A stretch of DNA of 64,000 nucleotides, from assembly GCA_963791285.1 (NCBI GenBank), contig CAWBSC010000024.1:286578-350577 (forward strand). Direction: 5' to 3'. Of the stretch, positions 1 through 12,637 are shown one piece after another; the first letter of the stretch is position 1; every line of letters starts with the position of its first letter. Source of the DNA: an uncultured delta proteobacterium. Its GTDB lineage: Bacteria; Desulfobacterota; Desulfobacteria; Desulfobacterales; SpSt-501. A model generated the notes under the pieces. That model was not told the DNA's origin, made no database searches, and saw only the letters and a program-made list of their open reading frames with translations. Made by a program: the position numbers and the translations under genes.

Positions 1-205
1 CGCCTGGCGTAGTGAAAGAGCGAGCGTATTAAGCTAAAAACGGACCGGGTTGTCTATGGCGATCTTGCGAAGATCCGGCCGATTTTGCGAAAAAGCGCAC
101 CCTCGGTGAGCGGCGGGCTTTAAACCCGTGGCCTAATTCGTGTGGGCGGTGTATATCGATCCGCACCGATCGGAGGCCAATCCAACAGCGGAAAGGGCTG
201 ACCCC

Positions 206-1843
206 ATGGTGGAGCAACCCAAGGCGATCATCACTCTCGACACCCACCCGCACGCAGTCCCCGTGGGGGCCACGGTCATGGAAGGCCTGGTCGGCGCGGG
301 GGTGCTGGTGCGTTCGGACTGCGGCGGCAAAGGCCGGTGCGGCAAGTGTTTAATCAAAGCGACGCCGGCCGGCGACGCCGGCTTGAGCCCCGCTGAGGAA
401 GCGGAACGCAAAGCGCTCGGAGAGGCCCGCGCCGAATCCGGCTACCGTCTGGCCTGCTGTGCGCGGGTGACGGGGGATGTTGCGCTCGACATCCCCGATG
501 AAAGCCGCGTGGCGGCGGAAGTGGTCCAGAAGGGGCTGCCGATGCTCTTCGCGGCCCTCGGCCCCGCGCCCGAACCCCGGCCTGCCGGCTGCGGGGTCGC
601 GGTCGATCTCGGCACCACCACCATCGCGGTCTACCTCTGCGACCTGGCTGAGCGCACCATCCTCGGTTCGACCTCGGCCCGCAACCCGCAGGCCATCTTC
701 GGCGACGATGTCGTCAGCCGCATCGGCGCGGTGCGGGGGGAGCCCGGCATGCTGCCGCGCCTGCAGAAGATGGCCGTGAGCGCGATCGACTGGGCCGTCA
801 AGGCTCTGTGCCGCCAGGCGCGGGTCTCCGCCAGGGAGATCACGGAGGTGGTCGCGGTCGGCAACAGCACCATGGTGCACCTGCTGCTGGGCGAGAGCCC
901 CGCCTCGATCGGCGTCTTCCCATACGCACCCCTCTTCGTCGAGGACCGCCTCCTGCGCGCCGGCGACGTCGGCCTCGCGTTCAACCCCTCCGCCCGGCTG
1001 CGCACGCTCCCGCTCATCAGCGGCTACCTCGGGGCGGACATCGTCAGCGCAGCGGTCGCGGCCGACCTGCCCTCCCGCCCGGCCGGGACACTCCTGGCGG
1101 ACGTCGGCACCAACGGGGAGATCATCCTCACCTCCGATAAGGGGCTGGCCGCGACCTCATGCGCGACCGGGCCGGCGTTCGAGGGTGCGGCCATCCGCCA
1201 CGGGATGCAGGCGACTTCGGGGGCCATCGACTCCGTGCGCTTCAGCCCGTCCACCCGGTCCCTGGAGTACACCGTCATTCGGCGCGGGGGCGGCCCCGAG
1301 CGGAGGCCGTCCGGGATCTGCGGGTCGGGCGTCATCAACGCCGTGGCCGAGCTGCTGCAGGCCGGCGTGATCACGCGCAGCGGCAGCTACGACCGCGCGT
1401 GCGGGTCGCCGTGCCTGCGGGCGGGCGAGAACAACATCTTCGAGTTCGAGATCGTCCCGCCGGCGTCGGCCGCCAACGGGCGCGCCGTCACCCTGACCCA
1501 GGCGGACGTGCGCGCGGTTCAGCTGGCCAAGGGGGCCCTGCGCGCCGGAATCGACCTGCTCTGCCGCCAAAACGACCTGGACCGGCCGCGGCGGATCCTC
1601 CTGGCAGGGGCCTTCGGCAGCTTCATCGACCGGGCGGATGCGCTGAAAATAGGGATGTTCCCCGCAATGCCCGTGGAGGCCATCGAGGTCGTGGGCAATG
1701 CCGCCGGGGCCGGGGCCGTCCAGGCGCTGCTCGACCCGGCGCGTTTCGAGCAGGCCCGGCAGCTGGCGCGGTCGACCGCGGTCCTCGACCTCGCCGGGCA
1801 CCCGGAGTTCCAGACCGCCTTCGTCGGAGCACTCGGTTTTTAG
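206..1843 (+). CDS. ASKHA-domain/2Fe-2S protein (RACo/RamA-like corrinoid reductive activator, DUF4445)
   Basis: N-terminal CGGKGRCGKC...RLAC 2Fe-2S motif, DLGTTT and DVGTNGE ASKHA motifs, GICGSG, LAGAFG; ATG at 206 preferred. Confidence 0.85.
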   Translation: MVEQPKAIITLDTHPHAVPVGATVMEGLVGAGVLVRSDCGGKGRCGKCLIKATPAGDAGLSPAEEAERKALGEARAESGYRLACCARVTGDVALDIPDESRVAAEVVQKGLPMLFAALGPAPEPRPAGCGVAVDLGTTTIAVYLCDLAERTILGSTSARNPQAIFGDDVVSRIGAVRGEPGMLPRLQKMAVSAIDWAVKALCRQARVSAREITEVVAVGNSTMVHLLLGESPASIGVFPYAPLFVEDRLLRAGDVGLAFNPSARLRTLPLISGYLGADIVSAAVAADLPSRPAGTLLADVGTNGEIILTSDKGLAATSCATGPAFEGAAIRHGMQATSGAIDSVRFSPSTRSLEYTVIRRGGGPERRPSGICGSGVINAVAELLQAGVITRSGSYDRACGSPCLRAGENNIFEFEIVPPASAANGRAVTLTQADVRAVQLAKGALRAGIDLLCRQNDLDRPRRILLAGAFGSFIDRADALKIGMFPAMPVEAIEVVGNAAGAGAVQALLDPARFEQARQLARSTAVLDLAGHPEFQTAFVGALGF

Positions 1844-1872
1844 CGCTGGTCCGTTGCGCCTCCGCCCGGGGC

Positions 1873-1920
1873 TTGACACCGTCGGGCCACGTTGTATGTG
1901 TATATTTGAACATACATTCA
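1873..1920 (+). promoter_or_regulatory. sigma70-type -35 box and SmtB/ArsR-type operator
   Basis: TTGACA at 1873-1878; TGAA-N6-TTCA inverted repeat at 1907-1920 directly upstream of the ArsR/SmtB gene. Confidence 0.55.
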
Positions 1921-1930
1921 TGGAGAGGTC

Positions 1931-2293
1931 ATGACCGACCGCACCCCTGCCGTCAGGACCGCGCGGGTTGTCCACCCCGACCGGATCGAGATCGCCCGCC
2001 GCGATGCCTTCTCGGACCAGGAGCTCGCCCGCATGGCGCAGGTTTACAAGCTGCTCGGGGACCCCAGCCGCCTGAAGATCGTCCTGGCGCTCAGGCGCCA
2101 GGAGATGTGCGTGTGCGATCTGGCGGCGCTCGGCGGGATCAGCGAGTCGGCCGTGTCGCACCAGCTGCGCCGCTTCAAGGACCTGGACCTCGTCAGGAGC
2201 CGGCGGGACGGGCAGGTCATCTATTACTCCCTGGAGGACAAGCACGTCGCGCTGCTGCTCGATATCGCCCTGCGGCATATCCGCGAGCAATGA
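1931..2293 (+). CDS. ArsR/SmtB family metalloregulator
   Basis: LGDPSRLKI...EMCVCDLA...SAVSHQLR...RRDGQVIYYSL wHTH pattern. Confidence 0.92.
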   Translation: MTDRTPAVRTARVVHPDRIEIARRDAFSDQELARMAQVYKLLGDPSRLKIVLALRRQEMCVCDLAALGGISESAVSHQLRRFKDLDLVRSRRDGQVIYYSLEDKHVALLLDIALRHIREQ

Positions 2294-2362
2294 GCGCGTA
2301 ACGAGGCCGACCACGGCGCTGCGCGTGATCGGCCAAAGCATCAAGTCAACGCATAGGCAACC

Positions 2363-3562
2363 ATGGACTTTTTGATCCAAGTCTTCACGGAATCCCGGCA
2401 TCTGCTGCTGGACTCCGCGGTCTACATCCTGTTCGGCCTGGCCGTGAGCGGGCTGCTGCGGGTCTTCCTCAATCCGAGCTCGATCGCGCACCACCTCGGT
2501 CGGGGCCGGTTCTCGTCGGTGTTCAAGGCGGCCCTGCTGGGGGTGCCCATCCCGCTCTGATCGTGCGGGGTACTGAGCGCAGCCGTGTCGCTGCGCAAGC
2601 AAGGCGCCACCCCCGGCGCCACCACCGCCTTCCTGATCTCGACACCGGAGTCGGGGGTGGACTCGATCGCCGTGACCTACGCCATGATGGACCCGGTCAT
2701 GACCGCCGCGCGCCCGGTGTCGGCCTTTATCACCGCGCTCACGGCGGGCATCGTGGAGAACCTCTTCAGCTACCGTCAGGGCGATGCGCCCGTCGTCCCC
2801 GACCTCACCTGCCCGGTGGACGGGTGCTGCGACGGGGTGAACTGCGACCCTTCGGTCCACCGCCGGCACCACGGTTTCGCAGAGAAGCTCAGGGCCGGGA
2901 TCCGGTTCGCGATGATCGACCTCTGGGGCGACATCGCGGGCTGGTTCATGGCCGGGGTCCTGCTGGCCGGGCTGATCACGGTCCTCATCCCGGACGACCT
3001 TTTTGGCCGCTACCTGGGGACGGGGCTGCCGGCCATGCTGCTGATGCTGGCCGTGGGAGTGCCGCTCTACATCTGCGCCTCGGCCTCCACCCCGATTGCG
3101 GCCGCCCTGATCCTGAAAGGCGTGAGCCCGGGGGCTGCACTCGTCTTCCTGCTCGCCGGTCCGGCCACAAACATGGCGGCCCTCACCGTGCTGCTAAAGG
3201 TGATGGGCCGGCGCGCGACCGCGGTCTACCTCGGGTCGATCGCCGTCTGCGCCGTGCTCATGGGCCTGGCGGTCGACGAGGTCTACGCCGTTCTGGGCAT
3301 TTCGGCCCAGGCCTCCGCGGGCCAGGCGGGCGAAATTTTTCCGGCCGCGGTCCAGTGGATCGCGGCGCTGATGGTCGTTGCCATATCGATCAAGCCCGTG
3401 GCGCGTTCGCTCGGGTCCTGGGTCCACCGCCGTGCGGCGGCGGACCCGCCGCCCCCGGCGCCGAAGACCAAGCCTCCGCCCCCGCCCGAGCCCTGCGCGG
3501 ACGCCTGCGCCTGCGGCTGCGCCAGGGGAACGGCCAGCAGCCGGGATGTCAAGATGGGGTGA
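2363..3562 (+). CDS. DUF318/SO_0444-type metal efflux permease, predicted selenoprotein (UGA at 2558-2560)
   Basis: ORFs 2363-2560 and 2585-3562 are in the same frame; readthrough gives GVPIPL-U-SCGVLSAAVSLRKQGA, matching the PLCSCG family motif; FLISTPESGVDS and PLYICASASTP motifs; Cys/His-rich linker. Confidence 0.85.
2577..2596 (+). promoter_or_regulatory. putative bacterial SECIS hairpin of the permease
   Basis: perfect 7-bp stem GCGCAGC/GCTGCGC with loop CGTGTC, starting 16 nt after the UGA. Confidence 0.7.
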
Positions 3563-4358
3563 GGCGGAGGCGGCCCTGGCCGCAGAAGAGGTAAACCCCG
3601 TTTCCCGGGGCCAGGCAGGCGAGAGCCATTTCGAGGCGGGTGGCCAGCTCCACGGCCAGGCGGGTGGGGCGGGAAACCGAAAAGACGACCGCTACGCCGG
3701 CGCGCGCCGACTTCTGCACCATTTCGTAGCTCACGCGCGAGGAGAGCACCGCCAGCGAGGCCTGTGCGAGGCGCCCTTCAAGCAGCGCCTTGCCCACGGC
3801 CTTGTCCAGGGCGTTGTGACGACCAATGTCCTCGGCCACGGCGAACGGCGTGCCGTTCGAGTCGCAGAGAGCGGCGGCGTGGGCGGCCCGTGTTGCCCGG
3901 CGCAGGGGCTGCTGTGCGGCCATGGCCTCCATCCCCGCGAGGATTGCCCCGATATCGATAGCGGCGCCCGGCGGCAGGGGGATCACCCGCTGGGTCAGGT
4001 CCTCCAGCAACTCCTTGCCGCAGATGCCGCAGCTCGTCTGGCTGAGATAGCTGCGGCGGTCCAGGATGTCTCCGATGGCGGCCCGCCGCGCGGGGGTCAG
4101 GGTCACGGTGACGGCGTTTGCGGTTTCCCCCTCGCAGAGGCCGATCGAGCTGCAGTCCGCGGCAGAGTCGATGATGCCTTCCCCTAAACAGAAGCCGGCC
4201 GCATGCGCGGTCTCTTCACCCGGGGTGCGCATCACGACTGCGTAGGGTTTGCCCTCCACCCGGATCGAGAGCGGCTCCTCCCCGAGGAGCTCCATGTTCC
4301 GGGTGGAGGTTAGACCGCCTTCCCAATACGTCACGGGCGCGGGGTTCGATCTGTCCAC
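3549..4358 (-). CDS. fdhD: formate dehydrogenase accessory sulfurtransferase FdhD
   Basis: EEPL, MRTPG, SCGICG, EDIGRHNALDK, SSRVSYEMVQK motifs. Confidence 0.93.
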   Translation of the reverse strand: MDRSNPAPVTYWEGGLTSTRNMELLGEEPLSIRVEGKPYAVVMRTPGEETAHAAGFCLGEGIIDSAADCSSIGLCEGETANAVTVTLTPARRAAIGDILDRRSYLSQTSCGICGKELLEDLTQRVIPLPPGAAIDIGAILAGMEAMAAQQPLRRATRAAHAAALCDSNGTPFAVAEDIGRHNALDKAVGKALLEGRLAQASLAVLSSRVSYEMVQKSARAGVAVVFSVSRPTRLAVELATRLEMALACLAPGNGVYLFCGQGRLRLTPS

Positions 4359-4554
4359 GGCAGGCCTCCTGTGCGACGGTTTCGCGTGAGTTTATGGCCG
4401 ATGCCCCCGGAATTCAAGCCGGGCCGCTTGGCGGGCGCACCGGATCCCTTCGGCGGCCGCAACCCGGTGTTTTCACTTTTTTGTTGACATTTATCCGGCA
4501 TTATTTAATATCAGCGGGTTTTTAAGACCCTATTTTGGTTCAGGAGGCAGCCCC

Positions 4555-4866
4555 ATGTACGCGGTCGTCAGCACAGGCGGAAAACAATACAAGGTTCAGC
4601 AGGGCGAAACCTTGAGAATCGAGAAGATCCCCGGCGAGGTCGGCAGCAAAGTGACCTTCGACCGGGTTCTCATGGTGGCCGACGGCGAAAACGTCCGTGT
4701 CGGGCAGCCGGTCATTGAGAAAGCGGCCGTCCTGGCCAGCATCGTCGAGCAGGACAGGGCCAAGAAAATCCTGGTGTTCAAGTACAAGCGTCGCAAGCGC
4801 TACCGCCGCAAGGCGGGCCACCGTCAGCCGTTCACCGCCATCCGGATCGACGGCATCGAGGCATAA
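4555..4866 (+). CDS. rplU: 50S ribosomal protein L21
   Basis: MYAVVSTGGKQYKV...KYKRRKRYRRKAGHRQPFT. Confidence 0.98.
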   Translation: MYAVVSTGGKQYKVQQGETLRIEKIPGEVGSKVTFDRVLMVADGENVRVGQPVIEKAAVLASIVEQDRAKKILVFKYKRRKRYRRKAGHRQPFTAIRIDGIEA

Positions 4867-4886
4867 GCAGGCCTTCGCCTGCTTAT
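4863..4886 (+). other. 10-bp hairpin overlapping the rplU stop codon
   Basis: ATAAGCAGGC-CTTC-GCCTGCTTAT. Confidence 0.6.
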
Positions 4887-4917
4887 AATTTGAGACGTTC
4901 ATCAATCCGTATATTAT

Positions 4918-5042
4918 TCGACTTCTCCTGCGGTCCCAAGTTCAAGGCGCGTGAGTTTCGTTTTGCGAGGCGTACCCCATTGTCCGCCGCAGCCAACACG
5001 AACCGAAGTGCAATACGGGAATGGGGCCTTATAAAAAGTCGA
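4918..5042. repeat. degenerate MITE-like element (family A, copy 1) between rplU and rpmA
   Basis: ends TCGACTT.../...AAGTCGA; internal blocks TTCAAGGCGCG, GAGGCGTAC, CGCCGC, GAAGTGCAA shared in the same order with 45572-45699. Confidence 0.7.
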
Positions 5043-5062
5043 TTCATGGGAGTGGAGACAAT

Positions 5063-7470
<2,408 letters not shown>

Positions 7471-7523
7471 AACCCATCCGGGTGGTTCGGTTTTCCGGCC
7501 AACACCTAAAAACCTAAAGTGAC

Positions 7524-8786
7524 ATGGCGTCAATCGACGAAACCATAAAAGAAATGGCCCAGGCCGCGCGCCGGGCGGGGCGCGTCATGGGGCGGTGTCC
7601 GTCCGCCCCGAAGGACCGGGCGCTGCTGACCCTGGCCGACCTCCTTCTCGCGCAAGCTGGCACGCTCAAGGCGGCGAATCGTGAAGACGTCGTTGCGGCC
7701 CGGCAGCGCGGGCTCTCGGCCCCCATGATCGACCGCCTGACCATCACAGACGCGACCCTGACGGCTATGGCACACGGGGTGCGCGAGGTGGCCGGGCTGG
7801 CCGACCCGGTGGGCAGCCTGGGCCCGGCCCGGGTTCGCCCGAACGGGCTCCAGATCGCGCGTATGCGCATCCCGCTCGGGGTGATCGGCATCATCTACGA
7901 GTCGCGGCCGAACGTGACGGTCGATGCCGCGGCCCTCTGTCTCAAGGCCGGCAACGCCGTGATCCTGCGCGGCGGGTCGGAGGCCCTCGCCTCCAACCGG
8001 GCGCTGGCGGAGGTGGTCGGCCGGGCGCTCGCCCAATCCGGCCTGCCGCAGGCCGCGGTGCAAGTCGTCCCGGTCGCGGACCGCGCAGCCGTGACCGCGC
8101 TGCTGCAGCAGGAGGAAGACGTCGACCTCATCATCCCCCGCGGGGGTGAGGAGCTGATCCGCTTCGTCGTGGCGCACTCGCGCATCCCCGTGCTCAAGCA
8201 CTACAAGGGGGTGTGCCACGTGTACGTGGACGAGGGCGCCGACCTCGCGATGGCCGAAGCCGTGTGCTTCAACGCCAAGGTGCAGCGGCCGGGGGTGTGC
8301 AACGCCATGGAAACCCTGCTGGTGCACCGGGCCGAGGCGGACCGGTTCCTGCCGGCCATGGGCGCGTGCTTGGCCGCGGCCGGGGTCGAGCTGCGCGGGT
8401 GCCCCGAGACGCTTCAGCGCTTGCCCGCCGCCGTGCCGGCCCGGGAGGCGGACTGGCCGGCCGAGTACCTGGACCTGATCCTGGCCGTGCGCGTCGTGGG
8501 CAGTCTGGACGAGGCGATCGAGCACATCGCCGCGCACGGCTCGAGCCACACCGAGGCCATCGTCACGCGCGACTACGGGCGAGCCCGGCGCTTCGTGCGC
8601 GAGGTGGACTCGTCGGTCGTGCTGGTGAACGCCTCCACCCGCTTCAACGACGGCGGGCAGCTGGGGCTCGGCGCCGAAATCGGCATCAGCACCTCCAAAC
8701 TGCACGCCTTCGGACCGATGGGGCTCGAGGAGCTGACGACGACCAAATTCGTGGTGTACGGCGACGGCCAGACGAGGGACCCATGA
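7524..8786 (+). CDS. proA: glutamate-5-semialdehyde dehydrogenase
   Basis: [44 protein letters not shown]. Confidence 0.97.
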   Translation: MASIDETIKEMAQAARRAGRVMGRCPSAPKDRALLTLADLLLAQAGTLKAANREDVVAARQRGLSAPMIDRLTITDATLTAMAHGVREVAGLADPVGSLGPARVRPNGLQIARMRIPLGVIGIIYESRPNVTVDAAALCLKAGNAVILRGGSEALASNRALAEVVGRALAQSGLPQAAVQVVPVADRAAVTALLQQEEDVDLIIPRGGEELIRFVVAHSRIPVLKHYKGVCHVYVDEGADLAMAEAVCFNAKVQRPGVCNAMETLLVHRAEADRFLPAMGACLAAAGVELRGCPETLQRLPAAVPAREADWPAEYLDLILAVRVVGSLDEAIEHIAAHGSSHTEAIVTRDYGRARRFVREVDSSVVLVNASTRFNDGGQLGLGAEIGISTSKLHAFGPMGLEELTTTKFVVYGDGQTRDP

Positions 8787-8844
8787 ACGCCGCGCAGAGC
8801 GATCGATGCCTGCCGGCGGCGTGCGGCACGACCAGGCGGCAGGC

Positions 8845-9498
8845 ATGCGGGTAGGGCTCTTCGGCGGCACGTTCAACCCGGTCCACCTCGGGCACCTGCG
8901 ATCGGCCCTGGAGGTGAAGGAAGGGGTCGGCCTCGACCAGGTGATCCTGATCCCCGCCGCCGTGCCCCCGCACAAGGGCCGCGCGGAGCTGGCCGGCGCC
9001 GCCGAGCGCCTCGAGATGATCGCTGCGGCGGTCGAAGGGGTGCCGGGCCTCGCCGCTTCGGACGTGGAAACCCGGCGTGCGGGGCCGTCGTTCACGATCG
9101 ACACGGTGCGGCACTTCCGGGATCGCCTCATGCAGGCCGAGCTTTTTCTGATCGTGGGACTGGACGCCTTTCTCGAGATCGACACGTGGCGGTCTTTCCG
9201 CGATCTGCTGGAGCTCGTCCCGCTGATCGTGATCACCCGGCCTGCGGGCGGGATGCTCCCGGACGGGGAGCCCGTCGAGCGTTTCATCCGCGCGCGCATC
9301 TCGCCGGAATGTTCGGTCGACCGCGAGTCGGTTGTCTACCGGGCGCCCGGGGTCCGGGGCATCCGGATCTTCCCCGTGACCGCGCTGGACGTGTCCAGCA
9401 GCCGGATCCGCGAATTGGTGCGCGCCGGCCGATCCATCCGCTACCTGGTGCCCGAACGCGTGCAAACCTACATTCAAAATAGAGGACTCTACCGATGA
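8845..9498 (+). CDS. nadD: nicotinate-nucleotide adenylyltransferase
   Basis: GGTFNPVHLGH, PPHK, VSSSRIR. Confidence 0.95.
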   Translation: MRVGLFGGTFNPVHLGHLRSALEVKEGVGLDQVILIPAAVPPHKGRAELAGAAERLEMIAAAVEGVPGLAASDVETRRAGPSFTIDTVRHFRDRLMQAELFLIVGLDAFLEIDTWRSFRDLLELVPLIVITRPAGGMLPDGEPVERFIRARISPECSVDRESVVYRAPGVRGIRIFPVTALDVSSSRIRELVRAGRSIRYLVPERVQTYIQNRGLYR

Positions 9499-9899
9499 CG
9501 GAAGCCGCTGAGACGACTCTCGCCCCTTTCCTGGAGGCCGTGCTCGGCAAAAAGGCCATCAACGTGGCCGCGCTCGACGTGCGCGGACTCACCTCCATTG
9601 CCGACTTCTTCATCATCTGCACCGGCCGCTCCGCCCGTCAGGTGAGCGCCATCGCCGACTACGCCGAGCGGGTGTTGCGCAAGCGGAAGATCAAGCCGTT
9701 GAGTGTCGAGGGGGCGGCGGAGGGCCAGTGGGTGCTGATCGATTACGGGTACGTCATCATCCACGTGTTCTTCGAATCCGCCCGCCAGTTCTACGACCTG
9801 GACGGCCTGTGGAGCGATGCACCGCGCCTGGCGCTTCCCGGCCAGCCCCGGCCCCGGTCGGCGACCGGGCGCAAGAGTCGCCCGCCGGACGAACAGTAG
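9495..9899 (+). CDS. rsfS: ribosome silencing factor
   Basis: KKA...ADFFIICTG...WVLIDYGYVIIHVF...FYDLDGLW. Confidence 0.95.
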   Translation: MTEAAETTLAPFLEAVLGKKAINVAALDVRGLTSIADFFIICTGRSARQVSAIADYAERVLRKRKIKPLSVEGAAEGQWVLIDYGYVIIHVFFESARQFYDLDGLWSDAPRLALPGQPRPRSATGRKSRPPDEQ

Positions 9900-9905
9900 G
9901 CGCCC

Positions 9906-10436
9906 ATGACCGTAACGCTCAAACCGTTCACGACCCTGACCGACTACGTGACCGGCCGGACGGTGCCCAACATCGGCGCCGAGGAGAACCGGCAGGCGGT
10001 CGAACGCGTTCTGGTCGAGAGCAAGGGGTTTGCGAAGACGGACATCGAGGTCGGGGTGCCGATCGCCCTTCCCATTCAGGGAGCGGTTTACCGCTCCCGG
10101 CTCGACCTCGTGGTGCGGGTGGACGGGGAACCCGTGATGGTCGTCACCTGTGCCGCGGGGGCGATCGGATCATGGGAACGCCAGACGCTTGCCGCGGCGC
10201 GTCTCATCGAGCCTCTGTCGGCCCCGTGCGCGGTCGTGTCGGACGGCCGCACGGCATCCGTCCTGGACGCCTCGAGCGGACGGCGACTCGGCGACTCGTT
10301 GGAAGCCATCCCCTCCAAAAGCGACGCCCGGCGGATTTTAGAATCCGCCGGGCGTCAGCCGTTCCCGGCCGAACGACGGGAACGCGAAAGCCTGATTTTC
10401 CGCACCTACGATCTGGAGCGTGTGAACCGGGTTTAG
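9906..10436 (+). CDS. stand-alone HsdR N-terminal-like (PD-(D/E)XK-fold) protein
   Basis: EENRQ...LVESKGF...RLDLVV...VVSDG pattern; no helicase domain. Confidence 0.55.
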   Translation: MTVTLKPFTTLTDYVTGRTVPNIGAEENRQAVERVLVESKGFAKTDIEVGVPIALPIQGAVYRSRLDLVVRVDGEPVMVVTCAAGAIGSWERQTLAAARLIEPLSAPCAVVSDGRTASVLDASSGRRLGDSLEAIPSKSDARRILESAGRQPFPAERRERESLIFRTYDLERVNRV

Positions 10437-10540
10437 TGTTGTATGGTGTCTGGTGTTTGGTGTTTAGGGTTGTTTAACCGTGAACCGTTGAACATTCACT
10501 TTCCCAGTCCAAACACAAAACACTAAACACGAAACACCGA
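10431..10540. repeat. inverted pair of short heptamer arrays between convergent genes
   Basis: GTTTAGT/GGTGTCT/GGTGTTT repeats at 10431-10470 are complementary to AAACAC(A/T/G) repeats at 10511-10540. Confidence 0.65.
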
Positions 10541-10544
10541 GAGT

Positions 10545-11219
10545 TCAGCTTGCCGACACGTCCCGGTTGCAGTGCCGGCACACCTTGGCCCGCCGCTTGA
10601 TGATCTCCGCGCAGAAAGGGCACTCGCGGGTGAAGTGCCGCTCGTGGATCTTCGCGATGGCCTCGTCCACTTTCTTCTGAACGGTATCGTTCAGCCGCAT
10701 GTTGCGCAGCGGTTCGATCGCCTCGGGCTCGCCGATGTCGCCGATCATCTCGGCCGCCTTGAGCCGGACGCGGCCGGGTTCGAGCGGGTCCTGCAGCAGG
10801 GTGAGGATCCCGGGGCCGTCCTTGGTGGTGTAGTAATCGGCCAGCAGGTTGAACCCGCGCTTGACGGCCTCCTTGAGCTGTTCCTGCTCCGCCATGGACT
10901 CCTCGCCCACGATCTGACCCCGCATCCCCATGTCGCTGAAGACCGGGATGCACTCGTACACGTCGCTGCCGGGGTAGTTCATGCAGCGGTACGACGCTCG
11001 GTGGGCGTAGTTCTCCTCGATATGCTTCCAGCCGGACTGGTAAAGCTCGCAGTTGTCGTTGAAACACACGAACAGGTACGGCGTCCCCCACCCCAGCCCG
11101 TCGCCGAAGCGCATGGCGGGCTCCTCCCACAGGCTCATCTCCACCCCGCAGTGAGGGCACTTGGGTTTGGGCATGGCCATGACCTTTTCCAGAACCTCTT
11201 CTCGCGTCTCGAAACTCAT
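10545..11219 (-). CDS. zinc-ribbon/HEAT-repeat protein
   Basis: CPHC, CFNDNC, HEAT-like RLKAAEMIGDIG, C-terminal CPFC...CRHC. Confidence 0.7.
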   Translation of the reverse strand: MSFETREEVLEKVMAMPKPKCPHCGVEMSLWEEPAMRFGDGLGWGTPYLFVCFNDNCELYQSGWKHIEENYAHRASYRCMNYPGSDVYECIPVFSDMGMRGQIVGEESMAEQEQLKEAVKRGFNLLADYYTTKDGPGILTLLQDPLEPGRVRLKAAEMIGDIGEPEAIEPLRNMRLNDTVQKKVDEAIAKIHERHFTRECPFCAEIIKRRAKVCRHCNRDVSAS

Positions 11220-11351
11220 CGGACCTCCATGGGTTACTATTGAACAGGTAGGAAAATAAGGGGTTGCGCATACCTTGTCAAATCGAGGTTCCCAGCCTTC
11301 CCAGGGAATTGTCTGGACATGGGGTCACATTTTTATCTATAAAACCAATAA

Positions 11352-12629
11352 ATGAATAAGCTTCACATTTCGGGCCCATCCGGTCACCCCCACAAGCTGG
11401 CCTGCGTGCGAACCTGTGTTTGCCTGTGCCTTCTCCTCCTGCTGGCGCCTGCCGGGTGCCGACCGCTTGACGAAAGCGCGCAATCCAAGCCCATCGACCC
11501 CGGGGTCACGGCAACCGAGGTCTTGCTGGGGTCGTCCCTCGCGCTGAAGGGGCACGCGAGCTTCCTGGGGACGCAGACCCTGCGCGGGGCGATGTGCTAC
11601 CTGTCCCACGTCAACGAACGCGGGGGCGTGCACGGTCGGCGCATCCGGGTCGTTACCTACGACGACAGCTACGACCCGCCGGTGTGCCTGGCCAACACCC
11701 AGAAGCTGATCATCGACGACCAGGTGTTTGCGCTCTTCTGCTACGTCGGGACTCCGACCACGGTAAAGGTCCTGCCGCTCATCGAGGAGGCCCGTGTGCC
11801 GCTGCTGGGGATGTTCACCGGCGCTAACGCCCTGCGTGAGCCGTTCAACCCGCAGCTGATCAACGTGCGGGCCTCATACTACCAGGAGACGGGGGCGGCC
11901 GTGCGGCACCTCGTCAACGACCTCGCCTTGCGCAAGATCGCCGTGTTCTATCAGTACGACGCCTACGGGTTCGACGGTCTGACCGGGACCGAGCTTGCGT
12001 TGAAAGAATACGACCTGGCGCCGGTGGCCGGCGGGTCTTACAACCGGGGCACCCTGGACGTCCAGGAGGGGTTGAACAAGATCATGGCCTCGGGCGCGGA
12101 GGCGGTGGTGATGATCGGCACCTACGACCCCTGCGCCACCTTCATCCGCATGGCGCACGAGCGGGGCTATCGGCCGGTGTTCTACCTGGTTTCCTTCGTG
12201 GGCGCTGACGAACTCGCCCGGCGGATCGAAAGCCTGCAGGACGTAACCGTTCTCATGTCCCAGGTGGTGCCCCCGCCCGAGCGGCAGGACCCCAGCCCCC
12301 TGTTGACCGGGGAGGTCGGCTACATCACACTCCTCAAGCGCTATTTTCCCGAGGATCAGCCCAACTTCGTCGGCCTGGAGGGGTTCATCAACGCGCGGGT
12401 ACTGGTGGAGGGGCTGATGCGCGCGGGACCGGAACTCACGCGTGCGGGGTTCATCACGGCCATCGAGTCCATCCGTGACTTCTCCCTTGGAATGGACATC
12501 ACCATCTCCTTCAGCCCCACTGACCACCAGGGGCTGGACCGCGTCTACTTCACCCGGCTGGAGAACGGCCACTTCACCCTGGTGCGGGACTGGGCCGACC
12601 TTCGCGGCCGGCCGGCCCCGCCTCGTTGA
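11352..12629 (+). CDS. branched-chain amino-acid-type periplasmic binding lipoprotein
   Basis: lipobox-like PAGC; NERGGVHGRRI, DDSYDP, GTPT, RASY motifs. Confidence 0.85.
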   Translation: MNKLHISGPSGHPHKLACVRTCVCLCLLLLLAPAGCRPLDESAQSKPIDPGVTATEVLLGSSLALKGHASFLGTQTLRGAMCYLSHVNERGGVHGRRIRVVTYDDSYDPPVCLANTQKLIIDDQVFALFCYVGTPTTVKVLPLIEEARVPLLGMFTGANALREPFNPQLINVRASYYQETGAAVRHLVNDLALRKIAVFYQYDAYGFDGLTGTELALKEYDLAPVAGGSYNRGTLDVQEGLNKIMASGAEAVVMIGTYDPCATFIRMAHERGYRPVFYLVSFVGADELARRIESLQDVTVLMSQVVPPPERQDPSPLLTGEVGYITLLKRYFPEDQPNFVGLEGFINARVLVEGLMRAGPELTRAGFITAIESIRDFSLGMDITISFSPTDHQGLDRVYFTRLENGHFTLVRDWADLRGRPAPPR

Positions 12630-12637
12630 GGCGACCC

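Noticed and set aside
9906-10436. Type I restriction-modification system
   Set aside because: Only a small HsdR_N-like protein, with no hsdM, hsdS or helicase.
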